Assembly (NCBI GenBank): GCA_020051845.1
Contig: JAGVQG010000017.1
Coordinates: 1 to 58,574 of the forward strand
DNA: 58,574 nucleotides
Direction: 5' to 3'
From: an archaeon
GTDB taxonomy: Archaea > Nanobdellota > Nanobdellia > Woesearchaeales > ARS49
Both the position numbers and the translations under genes were made by a program. Shown in pieces: positions 43,999 through 53,512 of the stretch. Position 1 is the first letter of the stretch, and every line of letters begins with the position of its first letter. The notes under the pieces were generated by a model, which ran no database searches, had not been told where the DNA came from, and saw only the letters and a list, made by a program, of their open reading frames with translations.

Positions 43999-44909
43999 TA
44001 AAGGGCATTGCCGCGGCATTGACACTACTGACACTGCTTGCGGGATGTGGTCTACTCGGCACAGGAGGGGGCAGGACTCCGGAAGAGAACGTGCACGTCG
44101 GAGTGAAAGGCCTTGTCATGACGCTCGAACCGGTACAGACCAAGATCTTCCCGAACGACCCGTTCACGATCATAGGCACGATCGCGAACGCCGGCGCCAC
44201 TGACGTCGACAACGGAATACTGACGATCGGGCTAGAGGACGACTTCGTGACAATGGAGGGGCCGCGTACGCAACCATTGCGGCTCGTCGGCCGCAGCGCA
44301 CTGCAACCTGAAGGGGAGACAGGCACATTGCACCTGAACCTACAAGCACGACAATTGCCAAGCGTCACAGAGACCGTGACAAGCACCGTTCTGCTCACGA
44401 TGTGCTACCCCTATAAAACGGTTGGAAGCGCGACTGTCTGCCTTGACACCGACATCGAGAAGAGAATAAAGAACAAACCCTGCACCATGGGAAAAGTCAG
44501 CCTTGGCAACGGCCAAGGAGCGCCTGTCTCGATATCCAGCATAGACGTCTCGATGACATCACACACCGACAGGAACAAACTGATACCGACATTCACATTG
44601 ACATTCGACAACCCTGGTGGCGGCCAGATCGTGGCGCCTGACAAGGTCTCCGAGGCATGCTCAGGCAGGGCGGTCGAAAACATAAACCACGGAGAGGTAA
44701 AAGCATACCTGGTCGACAAGGAACTCAGCTGCGCAAAGGAAGGCAAGGCACAGGTGAGCTTCGAGAAAGGCCGCAACGTCGTGCGCTGCACACTTCCTGA
44801 AGGCATAGACAAGACCCTGGCGCCCTTCAACAGCGTGCTGAGGGTGGAAGTCGACTATGGATACAGCTCGACCATAAGCAGGAGCGTGCAGATAGCACGC
44901 CTGACATAG
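43995..44909 (+). CDS. lipobox lipoprotein, paralogue family member 1
   Basis: ALTLLTLLAGC lipobox-like signal. Shares CYPYKTVGSATVCLDTD and GQGAPVSISSI blocks. ATGA overlap. Confidence 0.7.
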   Translation: MIKGIAAALTLLTLLAGCGLLGTGGGRTPEENVHVGVKGLVMTLEPVQTKIFPNDPFTIIGTIANAGATDVDNGILTIGLEDDFVTMEGPRTQPLRLVGRSALQPEGETGTLHLNLQARQLPSVTETVTSTVLLTMCYPYKTVGSATVCLDTDIEKRIKNKPCTMGKVSLGNGQGAPVSISSIDVSMTSHTDRNKLIPTFTLTFDNPGGGQIVAPDKVSEACSGRAVENINHGEVKAYLVDKELSCAKEGKAQVSFEKGRNVVRCTLPEGIDKTLAPFNSVLRVEVDYGYSSTISRSVQIARLT

Positions 44910-44934
44910 GAAATGTTTATATAAAAAGGCGATA

Positions 44935-45882
44935 ATGACGATGGACATGAAGAGGTTGGTCATTCTGTGCGCGGCACTGCTATTTGTGACAGCCTGCGCC
45001 TCAAGTTCAACAAACCGAGACACGCTCGGAGCGAACTTCAGGACAGGATCCGAAGGATTATACTTCAATTTCGCGTCCAACCTGCCGCCGGCACGCATCT
45101 ACGATGACCAGAAACTGGACATACTGGTGGAAGTCGAGAACCGCGGCGCCACAAACATAGGAGGCGCGGGAGACAGGATATACCTCACCGGCTTCGACCC
45201 AAGCATAATCACAGGAATACCATTCATCGGACAGCAAATACCATTCATGAACGGCAAGGATGTTTACGGACCGGGCGACAAGTCATACGTGTCGTTCTCG
45301 GGCGTGCCTGTGTCTTTGTTCTCCTTGAACATAGACAAGTACACACCACGCCTCCAGCTGACCGCATGCTACTTGTACGAAACACTCGCCACGGCGAACA
45401 TATGCATAGACCCTGACCCCACATCGTTCACGGCACGGGACAAGGTATGCAAGCCCGCCGACGTCAGCCTCGGAAGCCAAGGAGCGCCCGTTGCAGTCAG
45501 CACAGTCCAAGTGGACGCCACACCAGGCACGACACGCTTCGAGATACTCATACAGAACGTCGGAAAAGGACAGCCATTCCGCAGCGGCCTGATGTACCTA
45601 CAAAAGTGCAGCCCCAACGACCCCACATCACTGGCGTACAACGAACTGGGATACGTCGAACTCGTGGACGTCGCGATCGCGGGCCGCAGCATAAAGAACA
45701 GCTGCAGACCAATGGACCAGGGCCACATACGGCTGAGCACATCAGGACCGACGCACCTGTTCTGCCAGTTCGACAACATACCCGGCTCGTCAGCATACAC
45801 AAGCCCACTGACAGTGACTCTGCGCTACGGCTACAGAGAAACCATGCAAAGAGATCTGACGGTCATACAATCAACAAGGTAA
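44935..45882 (+). CDS. lipobox lipoprotein, paralogue family member 2
   Basis: LCAALLFVTAC lipobox-like signal. Shares CYLYETLATANICIDPD and SQGAPVAVSTV blocks. Confidence 0.7.
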   Translation: MTMDMKRLVILCAALLFVTACASSSTNRDTLGANFRTGSEGLYFNFASNLPPARIYDDQKLDILVEVENRGATNIGGAGDRIYLTGFDPSIITGIPFIGQQIPFMNGKDVYGPGDKSYVSFSGVPVSLFSLNIDKYTPRLQLTACYLYETLATANICIDPDPTSFTARDKVCKPADVSLGSQGAPVAVSTVQVDATPGTTRFEILIQNVGKGQPFRSGLMYLQKCSPNDPTSLAYNELGYVELVDVAIAGRSIKNSCRPMDQGHIRLSTSGPTHLFCQFDNIPGSSAYTSPLTVTLRYGYRETMQRDLTVIQSTR

Positions 45883-45972
45883 CAAGTGCAGGGCTTTGAA
45901 CCCGCACGATTTCTTTGTAATGACGAATTCCATAGCGAAACATTTAAAAGAGACTTTGCTCTTGGTCGTCTT

Positions 45973-46932
45973 ATGAAACGACTCGCCACATTCGCGGTTC
46001 TCATAACGTTTTTGCTTGTTGTCGGCTGCACATCCGGAGGAAAGACGGTGACCCTAAAGACATTCATCGGCGGCACGCAAGGCGTGTCAATAGCCTTTGA
46101 CAAGAATGCACCACCGAAAGAAGTGTTCGACGGCGGAGACTTCCCCTTCGACATAGCTCTCAAGATCCAGAACAAAGGCGAGTATGCGGTACCCGCGGCA
46201 AACGCCAAAGTCAGCATAACAGGCATAAGGCCCCAGGAATTCAACCTGCAGGAAGCAGACCTCGTCAAATCACCGCCTGAAGACCTGATACAGCGCAAGC
46301 AGGACAGCACAGGCAAGACCACTGAACCCGGCGATGTATTCGTCGAGTTCAACAAGTTCAACCACGTCGGATTCATCACCGGTAACGCGCTCGAATATCC
46401 GATACGCGCGGAGATATGCTACCTCTACGGCACCACCGCGACAAGTTCGCTGTGCATCCGCAAGAACCTGGCCAACCCTGAAGAGAACGGCATCTGCACC
46501 ATAGACGGCAGCAGACCATTGTCGATCAGCGGCGCGCCTGTCCAGATCACGGATGTCAAGGAATTCCAACGCGGCAAGGACAGCATAGGATTCAGCTTCA
46601 CTGTGAAGAACGGCAACACCGCGAACGGCAAGGTATTCGCACGCAACAGCCGTTGCGAAGGCGGAAGAAGCGTCGAAGACAGAATCTTCGCCTCGGTAAA
46701 GACCGACATACCCGGTCTCACGTGCCAGGGCCTGGATGCCACAGGAGAAGGCACCGTCGAAGGGACAATATCTACCTTCGCCCAGGACCGCACAGTGACG
46801 TGCACGCAGCGCGTCGCGTCGCCATCCGACTATGAGATGCCGATAACGATAGTGTTGTCCTACGACTACCGCGACTACGTAGAAACCACTGTCACGGTCA
46901 AGCACTCGGGCGACGAAACCACGACGACATGA
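45973..46932 (+). CDS. lipobox lipoprotein, paralogue family member 3
   Basis: Internal ATG at 45973 (MKRLATFAVLITFLLVVGC). Shares CYLYGTTATSSLCIRKN and ISGAPVQITDV blocks. Confidence 0.7.
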   Translation: MKRLATFAVLITFLLVVGCTSGGKTVTLKTFIGGTQGVSIAFDKNAPPKEVFDGGDFPFDIALKIQNKGEYAVPAANAKVSITGIRPQEFNLQEADLVKSPPEDLIQRKQDSTGKTTEPGDVFVEFNKFNHVGFITGNALEYPIRAEICYLYGTTATSSLCIRKNLANPEENGICTIDGSRPLSISGAPVQITDVKEFQRGKDSIGFSFTVKNGNTANGKVFARNSRCEGGRSVEDRIFASVKTDIPGLTCQGLDATGEGTVEGTISTFAQDRTVTCTQRVASPSDYEMPITIVLSYDYRDYVETTVTVKHSGDETTTT

Positions 46933-47276
46933 GTGTATCTGAGTTACTCAGGCCGAAAAAGTGGAAGTTTGTTTTATTTTCATCTCTCTTAATCATTTCT
47001 TTCATTCTTGGAACATTCGAGGGACGACTTGGTAGCTGTCCCGTATCTTTTGAACCCCTGCCACCAAGTAAAAGATACTGTGAACTAACACATTCATTAA
47101 TTCAAATCCCGTTCTTTTTTCTGATATTGCCTGCTGCTATACTTAATGCCCTGCCAACCATATTTGGCAACGTATTTCTTACTATCGGAATTGCTGTGAT
47201 GTTTATCTTAGTGTGGCAGTGGTTCCTGGCATGCATAATTGACCGATTACGAATCAAATTGTTCAAGAAATCCTAA
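46929..47276 (+). CDS. small 3-TM-like membrane protein, 115 aa, compositionally AT-rich
   Basis: ATGA overlap with the upstream gene. Hydrophobic runs FVLFSSLLIISFILG, IPFFFLILPAAILNAL, FLTIGIAVMFILVWQWFLACII. Confidence 0.55.
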   Translation: MSVSELLRPKKWKFVLFSSLLIISFILGTFEGRLGSCPVSFEPLPPSKRYCELTHSLIQIPFFFLILPAAILNALPTIFGNVFLTIGIAVMFILVWQWFLACIIDRLRIKLFKKS

Positions 47277-48238
47277 CTTTGCTTCGCCATCGTCACATAG
47301 GCCAACAGGGCCTCAAGCTGAACGTACTCGTCAGCGCCCTCGACCATCCTGAACTCTATCTCGCCGCACTTGTCGATAAGAAGGACCTTTGCGCGGTCGG
47401 GGATGGCGAGCTTCCACACCGCAGGCTGGAGCTGTTTGATGACATCAAGCCCTGACATGCCGTACTTGAGCATGACATCCAAAAGCAAAGAACGCGACTC
47501 GTGGAACTTGCCTGCGATGGCGAGCTCGAGGATCTTCTGAATGTCCTGAGGCCGAGCATGGCTTGAGAGCGTGAAGACGACCTCTGGCGTGACCTTGTCA
47601 CCCAACGCACTAGCGCTCTGCAAAAGGTTCGCCAGGCGCCTGCAATCGCCGCCAGCGACCTCGACAAGGGCATCAAGCGCCTCGTCGGTTATGGAAATAC
47701 CCTCCTTCTTAGAGATGGACGCTGCCATCGACTTGAGGTCGGCATCTGGCAATGGCTTGAACCTGAAAATCGCACACCTGCTCTGGATAGGATCGATTAT
47801 CTTGCTCGAGAAGTTCGCGCTCAATATGAACCTGCAAGTCTGCGTGAAGTTCTCCATGGTCCTTCTAAGCGCCTGCTGCGCCTCCTTCGTCAAGGCATCA
47901 CATTCGTCCAGATATATTATCTTGAAAGGAACATCGCCAATGGCCCGGGTCCTCGCGAAATCCTTGACCTTGACGCGGACGACGTCTATCCCACGCTCAT
48001 CGGAAGCATTGAGTTCAAGGAAGTTCTCGCGCCAGGCATCGCCGAAAAGGGTCTTGGCGACGACAAGAGAGAGGCTGGTCTTGCCAGTGCCGGCAGGACC
48101 CGTGAACATAAGATGCGGGAGATTGCGCTGCTCGACGAAAGCGCGCACCTTGCTGACGATGTCATGCTGGCCGTGCACCTCGTCGAATGACTTCGGCCGG
48201 TACTTCTCAGTCCAGATAATCGCAGAGACATCCGTCAT
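47273..48238 (-). CDS. rfcS: replication factor C small subunit
   Basis: WTEKYRP, GPAGTGKTS, DECD, SRC motifs. Confidence 0.95.
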   Translation of the reverse strand: MTDVSAIIWTEKYRPKSFDEVHGQHDIVSKVRAFVEQRNLPHLMFTGPAGTGKTSLSLVVAKTLFGDAWRENFLELNASDERGIDVVRVKVKDFARTRAIGDVPFKIIYLDECDALTKEAQQALRRTMENFTQTCRFILSANFSSKIIDPIQSRCAIFRFKPLPDADLKSMAASISKKEGISITDEALDALVEVAGGDCRRLANLLQSASALGDKVTPEVVFTLSSHARPQDIQKILELAIAGKFHESRSLLLDVMLKYGMSGLDVIKQLQPAVWKLAIPDRAKVLLIDKCGEIEFRMVEGADEYVQLEALLAYVTMAKQS

Positions 48239-48260
48239 AGTGAAGAAGCGAACATGGAAT

Positions 48261-48269
48261 GTATAAAAA
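48261..48269 (-). promoter_or_regulatory. TATA box (TTTTTATAC on minus strand) upstream of rfcS
   Basis: About 27 nt upstream of the ATG at 48238. Its T-run could also terminate the PRC-barrel gene. Confidence 0.5.
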
Positions 48270-48282
48270 ACTTACACAATAA

Positions 48283-48546
48283 TCAAACAATGTCTTCTTC
48301 GGAAACGACAAGGTAGTCGCCTGCCGCGATGACCGCGCTATACGGTATCAGCATAAGGCCTTCCTTGTCCTTCTCGAGCTCGAGCTTGTCTGCGTAGGGC
48401 GTCGGGTTCTTGAGGATGACATGGATCAATTCACCTGACTTGACCTCAAAAATGACGTCACCGACCTCGCCGAACTTCTTGCCTGACTTGCTAACTACCG
48501 TCTTACCTATCAATTGCTTGGAGAATTTGCGTTCTTCATCTGCCAT
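48283..48546 (-). CDS. PRC-barrel domain protein
   Basis: LIGKTVVSKSGKKFGEVGDVIFEVKSGELIHVIL. Internal ATG at 48544-48546 preceded by GAGGGTGA. Confidence 0.7.
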   Translation of the reverse strand: MADEERKFSKQLIGKTVVSKSGKKFGEVGDVIFEVKSGELIHVILKNPTPYADKLELEKDKEGLMLIPYSAVIAAGDYLVVSEEDIV

Positions 48547-48656
48547 GAGCGTCACCCTCAAACCTATTTTGTTATTGAGCAATGAATATGGGTCGCCCTT
48601 TTTAAGTTTTTCTGTGAACGGGAATTGACGTTGGGTCCTAGGGCTCCGACGATAGT

Positions 48657-48666
48657 CTTTTATACC
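48657..48666 (+). promoter_or_regulatory. TATA box (TCTTTTATAC) upstream of tyrS
   Basis: About 26 nt upstream of the ATG at 48688. Confidence 0.5.
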
Positions 48667-48687
48667 GTGCAAACCGCGTCTTCGACC

Positions 48688-49767
48688 ATGGATATAAACG
48701 AACGGCTAGGGCTCATACAACAGGTGGGAGAGGAGATACTGACCCACGAAGAGCTCAAGACGCTGCTTGAAACCAAGAAAAAACCCGTCGCCTACGACGG
48801 ATTCGAGCCGAGCGGACAGCTGCACATAGCCCAAGGACTGCTAAGGGCCATAAACATAGGCAGGATGGTCGATGCAGGATGCCACTTCAAGATGTGGGTC
48901 GCTGACTGGTTCGCCTGGATGAACAACAAGTACGATGGCGACCTGGAAAAGATACACAAAGCAGGCGAATACTTCATCGAAACCTGGAAGGCCTGCGGCC
49001 TGGACACCAGCAAGGTCGAATTCGTCTGGACCAGCGAAGAGATCGGCAACAAGGAATACTGGACCAAAGTCATACAGATAGGCAGGAACTCCACGTTGCA
49101 ACGCGTGCTGCGCACTACCCAGATCATGGGACGCAGCGAAAAAGACACGCTCAGCGCAGCCCAGATATTCTACCCCTGCATGCAAGCGGCCGACATATTC
49201 CATCTCAAGGCAGACATCTGCCAGCTCGGAATGGACCAACGCAAGGTGAACATACTCGCGCGCGAAGTAGGACCCAAACTATTCGGATGGAAACCGGTCG
49301 CTGTCCACCACCACATGCTCATGGGACTTCAAGCACCGCCAGCGCCGGTGGGTGAAGGAGACGGCGTCGAGCGAGCCATCGCAATGAAGATGAGCAAGAG
49401 CAACCCGAACAGCGCGATATTCATGCAGGACACCCCAGAAGATGTCGTGCGGAAGATCAAGAACGCATACTGTCCTGAGAAGCAGACGACAGAGAACCCT
49501 ATCCTCGAATACAACAAGTACATCGTATTCAACAAGCTCAAGGCACTGCACATCGAAAGGCCCGCCAAATTCGGGGGGCCGCTCGACATAGCGAGCTATG
49601 CCGAACTCGAGGAACTGTTCGCCGCAGGAAAACTACACCCGATGGATCTGAAAAGCGGGACAGCGGCGGCGATAAATGAACTGCTCGAACCTGTCCGCAA
49701 ACACTTCTCAAAGGGGAAGCCGGCGGAACTGCTCGAACAGGTGCGAAGTTTCCAAATCACGAGATAG
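48688..49767 (+). CDS. tyrS: tyrosine--tRNA ligase (archaeal type)
   Basis: HIAQG (HIGH) and KMSKS motifs, with archaeal/eukaryal TyrS length. Confidence 0.95.
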   Translation: MDINERLGLIQQVGEEILTHEELKTLLETKKKPVAYDGFEPSGQLHIAQGLLRAINIGRMVDAGCHFKMWVADWFAWMNNKYDGDLEKIHKAGEYFIETWKACGLDTSKVEFVWTSEEIGNKEYWTKVIQIGRNSTLQRVLRTTQIMGRSEKDTLSAAQIFYPCMQAADIFHLKADICQLGMDQRKVNILAREVGPKLFGWKPVAVHHHMLMGLQAPPAPVGEGDGVERAIAMKMSKSNPNSAIFMQDTPEDVVRKIKNAYCPEKQTTENPILEYNKYIVFNKLKALHIERPAKFGGPLDIASYAELEELFAAGKLHPMDLKSGTAAAINELLEPVRKHFSKGKPAELLEQVRSFQITR

Positions 49768-49790
49768 GCTTCTGAACGTGATTCGCTACC

Positions 49791-49798
49791 TTTATAAA
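49791..49798 (+). promoter_or_regulatory. TATA box (TTTATAAA) upstream of pan
   Basis: About 27 nt upstream of the ATG at 49822. The track start at 49813 is GTG. Confidence 0.5.
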
Positions 49799-49821
49799 CA
49801 ACTATAATTTCTGTGAACACC

Positions 49822-50979
49822 ATGGGGGCAAAGGAAGCAGTCAAAGACGACGAGAAGTTCGAGAAAGCCATGTTCTCTTACGTGTCGAGCGTCTCAGGAC
49901 TAGAGGAAGAGAACCGCGTGCTCAAGGAGAGCATCGACACCCTGGAAAAGGAGGTCGAGAAGTTCAAGCGCACACCGCTCATAGTCTGCGAAGTGCGCGA
50001 CATATTGGATGACAAAGCACTCATACGGCTGCCCAACGGCAACGAGTTCCTGGTCGAGATAAGCGAGCAATGCAAAGGCATAGCGGCCGGAGATGGCGTG
50101 CTTGCCGAGCAGAAGAACCTCACACTCATACGAAAGATACCCAACAGCAAGAAGTTCGACGTCGAGAAATTCGTGGTCATCGAGAAGCCGACCATCACCT
50201 GGAACGACATCGGCGGCCTGCAACACCAGCAGCGCGAGATAGTCGAGGTCATAGAGCTTCCACTCAAGAAGCCGCATCTTTTCAAGAAAGTAGGCATAAC
50301 ACCGCCGAAAGGCGTGCTGCTCTATGGTCCTCCTGGAACGGGCAAGACAATCCTCGCAAAGGCGGTGGCGGCAAGCACCAACAGCACATTCATAGAAGTC
50401 GTCGGCAGCGAGCTCGTGCAGAAGTTCATAGGAGAAGGAGCGAAGCTAGTCAAGGAGATATTCCAGCTAGCGCGTGAACGGGCGCCGAGCATCATCTTCA
50501 TAGACGAACTCGATGCCATCGCGGCGACACGCGTCGACATAGGAACCTCTGGTGAGCGCGAGGTGCAACGCACATTCATGCAACTGCTCGCCGAGGTAGA
50601 CGGATTCGAACCACTGGACAACGTCAAGGTCATCGGATGCACGAACAGGAAAGACATACTCGACACCGCGGTGACGCGACCAGGACGTCTAGACCGCCTA
50701 ATCTACGTCCCTTTGCCAGATGTAGACGGCAGACGCGAGATATTCAAGATCCACAGCGCAAGGATGACGCTTGACAAAAACATCGATATCGACGACGCAG
50801 TCAAGCGCATGGAACACTTCAGCGGAGCGGAGATACGCGCGGTGTGCACAGAAGCGGGATATTTCGCGATACGCACAAACCGCACCAAGATCACCGCACA
50901 GGACTTGAACGAAGCAATAGAGAAAGTCATGTCAGAGAAACAGCTCGAAGGCGACGACTACCTGCAGATGTTCGGCTAA
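49822..50979 (+). CDS. pan: proteasome-activating nucleotidase (PAN, AAA+ ATPase)
   Basis: N-terminal coiled coil, OB segment, GPPGTGKT, IIFIDELD and C-terminal hydrophobic-Tyr-X-like end (LQMFG). Confidence 0.95.
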   Translation: MGAKEAVKDDEKFEKAMFSYVSSVSGLEEENRVLKESIDTLEKEVEKFKRTPLIVCEVRDILDDKALIRLPNGNEFLVEISEQCKGIAAGDGVLAEQKNLTLIRKIPNSKKFDVEKFVVIEKPTITWNDIGGLQHQQREIVEVIELPLKKPHLFKKVGITPPKGVLLYGPPGTGKTILAKAVAASTNSTFIEVVGSELVQKFIGEGAKLVKEIFQLARERAPSIIFIDELDAIAATRVDIGTSGEREVQRTFMQLLAEVDGFEPLDNVKVIGCTNRKDILDTAVTRPGRLDRLIYVPLPDVDGRREIFKIHSARMTLDKNIDIDDAVKRMEHFSGAEIRAVCTEAGYFAIRTNRTKITAQDLNEAIEKVMSEKQLEGDDYLQMFG

Positions 50980-51806
50980 TCCAACAACACATCTACGCAG
51001 ACACGGTGCACCCTCGGCTTTTTCTGACCACAGACATGGATGCCGCTGACTTTACAATTTCTCTTGGCGGTTTTGCACGCAGCGGTGACCTTGTCCGCTG
51101 AAAGACCGAACTCGCCTTCCTCCGCAAAATCATAGAAGTGGAGAGTGCCGCCTTTCTTGACCGCTTTTATCGCGGCTGGAATGAATTTATCCGCGTGGCC
51201 AGGCCAGGCGAGAAGTATCCTAGCATACCTCTTTTTGCAGGACTTGAGGAACTTGGCTGCGTCGGCTTTTATCGGGGCGACTATGGAATCCACTTTGTTC
51301 AGCTTGACATTCTCCAGCGCGAACTTGTGGGCGTCCGGATTCAGCTCGACGCTGTCGATGTGAGCTGGCTTCGCGAGTCTGGCCAGCACAATCGAGAAAG
51401 GAGCCACGCCTGCGAAGAGGACAAGCACATCCTCATTCGGCCGTACTAGCTTCGCGACACGCATGCGCTCGGTGCCAAGACGCGGACTAAAGTAGCAGGT
51501 CTGAACATTGAGTTTGAACTGGCAACCACTTTCTTTATGGATGGTCTCCAGGCGCTTCTCGCCCGCGATGACCTTCAGCGGCTGATGGCGGAACTTGCCG
51601 ACGTGACCACCCATCTTCTTGGCGACGACCTTGATGCTCGGCTGAGAGTCAAGAAGCAGCTTCGCAAGCTTGCGTTCCTTCTTGGACAGACCGCGGGCGA
51701 TCTCCACAATGGCGATATCACCCACCGTGTCGAAAGAAGCGCGCATCTTCTTGCGCTCGGAAACCGACAGCATCGACGCCACGAGCTCACGCCAGGAATT
51801 TCCCAT
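50976..51806 (-). CDS. trm5: SAM-dependent tRNA methyltransferase, Trm5/Taw2 (Met-10+) family
   Basis: FDTVGDIAIVEI, ERMRVAKLV..NEDVLVLFAGVAPFSI, VELNPDA motifs. Confidence 0.8.
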   Translation of the reverse strand: MGNSWRELVASMLSVSERKKMRASFDTVGDIAIVEIARGLSKKERKLAKLLLDSQPSIKVVAKKMGGHVGKFRHQPLKVIAGEKRLETIHKESGCQFKLNVQTCYFSPRLGTERMRVAKLVRPNEDVLVLFAGVAPFSIVLARLAKPAHIDSVELNPDAHKFALENVKLNKVDSIVAPIKADAAKFLKSCKKRYARILLAWPGHADKFIPAAIKAVKKGGTLHFYDFAEEGEFGLSADKVTAACKTAKRNCKVSGIHVCGQKKPRVHRVCVDVLLD

Positions 51807-52840
51807 CAGAAAAACGACCCCAATCCTTGCTGCGAGCGCGCCTTGTGCTCCTTTGTCAATCCTGAGACCGCTCTGCTTATGCGCTCGGCAGAGAAACCAT
51901 GCTCATCCACAAGCAGTTTGTTGAGTTGCTCGACATCAGGAGCGCGCCATTTGAGAGTGTATTCGTCAGAAACGGGCATTGTCTTGAACACCTTGATCAG
52001 ATCCTGCCAGCCCAAATCCCAGTGATCATCCCACTTCGCGTGCTTGAAAACAGCGTCGAAATCATCGCCGTGCTCCTTCACGAGCTTAAGGGCCTTCTGC
52101 GGCCCTATGCCCTTCACTCCACCCGGATTGTAGTCCGTGCCGACAAGCAATGAAAGGACGAGAAGCTGATCCTGCGAAATGCCGAGATGCGCGAGCGCCT
52201 TGTCAAGCTCGATCAACTGAGGCTTCACATCCTCATAGGCTAGGACACCAACTTTCTTCTTTTTACCGGTTATCGCGAGATTGCGCACAAGACGCGGAGC
52301 GCCGAACAACAACGAGTCAGCATCCTGGCTGACGCACGCCCACACATCGCCCTTCTTCGCGAGATAGGCTGCCTGGGCCTCACCCTCGCTAGGAGATTGA
52401 ACCACAGGAAGCCCGAGCGCTGCAATGACCTGCTTGGCCTCATCGACCATCTCAGGAGTCAGCCGTGTCGTGCGGCTGGCGAACTTCTTCATGGACTCCA
52501 CATCCTCTGCCTTCGCGGCCTCCTCATACTGACGTTGCGCCTCTTTCTTTATCGCCGCGCGCTTCTCGAGAACCGCACGCTTGAGCTCGGGCGGCTTTCC
52601 ATCGAACACATAGCACGGCAGGATCCCCTGCTGCATGAAATTCGTCGTGCGAGAAAGCAAACCCACAAGATGGGATGTGACGCGGCCTTTGTTGTCGGTC
52701 AACAAAGCGCCGTCACGTGAACGGATGGTGGCAAGAAATTGATAAAGAAAAATAGAAGCGTCTATCGCCACCCTCTTTCCCTTCAGGTCCGCTATCGCGA
52801 GCTCCGTGCCAGGACACAGATCGTACAGCTTGACTCCCAT
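51806..52840 (-). CDS. fen: flap endonuclease 1
   Basis: MGVKL...IAIDASIFLYQFL N-domain, I-domain, H3TH and C-terminal PIP-like QQGLGSFF. Confidence 0.95.
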   Translation of the reverse strand: MGVKLYDLCPGTELAIADLKGKRVAIDASIFLYQFLATIRSRDGALLTDNKGRVTSHLVGLLSRTTNFMQQGILPCYVFDGKPPELKRAVLEKRAAIKKEAQRQYEEAAKAEDVESMKKFASRTTRLTPEMVDEAKQVIAALGLPVVQSPSEGEAQAAYLAKKGDVWACVSQDADSLLFGAPRLVRNLAITGKKKKVGVLAYEDVKPQLIELDKALAHLGISQDQLLVLSLLVGTDYNPGGVKGIGPQKALKLVKEHGDDFDAVFKHAKWDDHWDLGWQDLIKVFKTMPVSDEYTLKWRAPDVEQLNKLLVDEHGFSAERISRAVSGLTKEHKARSQQGLGSFF

Positions 52841-53512
52841 CTAGGGTTCGACCAGGATGGTTAGCAGGATCACCGAGTATTCATCGAGGAGCTTCACATT
52901 CTTGTCCTTGTTGAACACCTTGATATTGAGCTCATAGGTTCCTGGCTGCGTTTTAGCGCCATCCGCGAACTCGGGCTTGATATCTATGATCAACGGATAC
53001 TTCTTCTCACCATTTGGACTCAGTGCCACGGTAGCGAAACCATTATTCACATCATCCTCGATGTTCGCCTGGAAAAAAGGCTTGACCTGGGCGAAGTCGG
53101 ACGTTATGATGCTGCGGCTCTTGTCGTATGCTTGCCTGAGATCAAACCTGATCTGATAGGTATCGGGTTCAGGACGCAAAGCGCGCAATGCAACACCGAT
53201 GACCTTGCGTTCACCGATCTTCATCTTGAAGAACGAACCCGAGAGCGCCATCTTAACGCCCGGCTTGAAGTTCTTGTCAAGCGCTGCCTGGGTGGCTGCA
53301 TCCATCTCATTCGAAGGAGGCGCGGTCTGCGGAACAGCAGAAGGTAACTGTGTTGGCTTGGTCTCCGTGACAGGAGGTTGCTCAGACACAGGCGGCACAT
53401 CTGAATCAGCGGCTGCCACAGGCGCCGCGGGTTTCACCGGTTGCACGGGCTGCTCCTTCGCACACGCGGCAAGCATCAACAGACAAACACAGAGTATAAT
53501 CAACCTTTTCAT
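52841..53512 (-). CDS. lipobox lipoprotein, Pro/Ala-rich linker, 223 aa
   Basis: MKRLIILCVCLLMLAAC signal followed by a Pro-rich linker and a beta-rich domain. Confidence 0.65.
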   Translation of the reverse strand: MKRLIILCVCLLMLAACAKEQPVQPVKPAAPVAAADSDVPPVSEQPPVTETKPTQLPSAVPQTAPPSNEMDAATQAALDKNFKPGVKMALSGSFFKMKIGERKVIGVALRALRPEPDTYQIRFDLRQAYDKSRSIITSDFAQVKPFFQANIEDDVNNGFATVALSPNGEKKYPLIIDIKPEFADGAKTQPGTYELNIKVFNKDKNVKLLDEYSVILLTILVEP

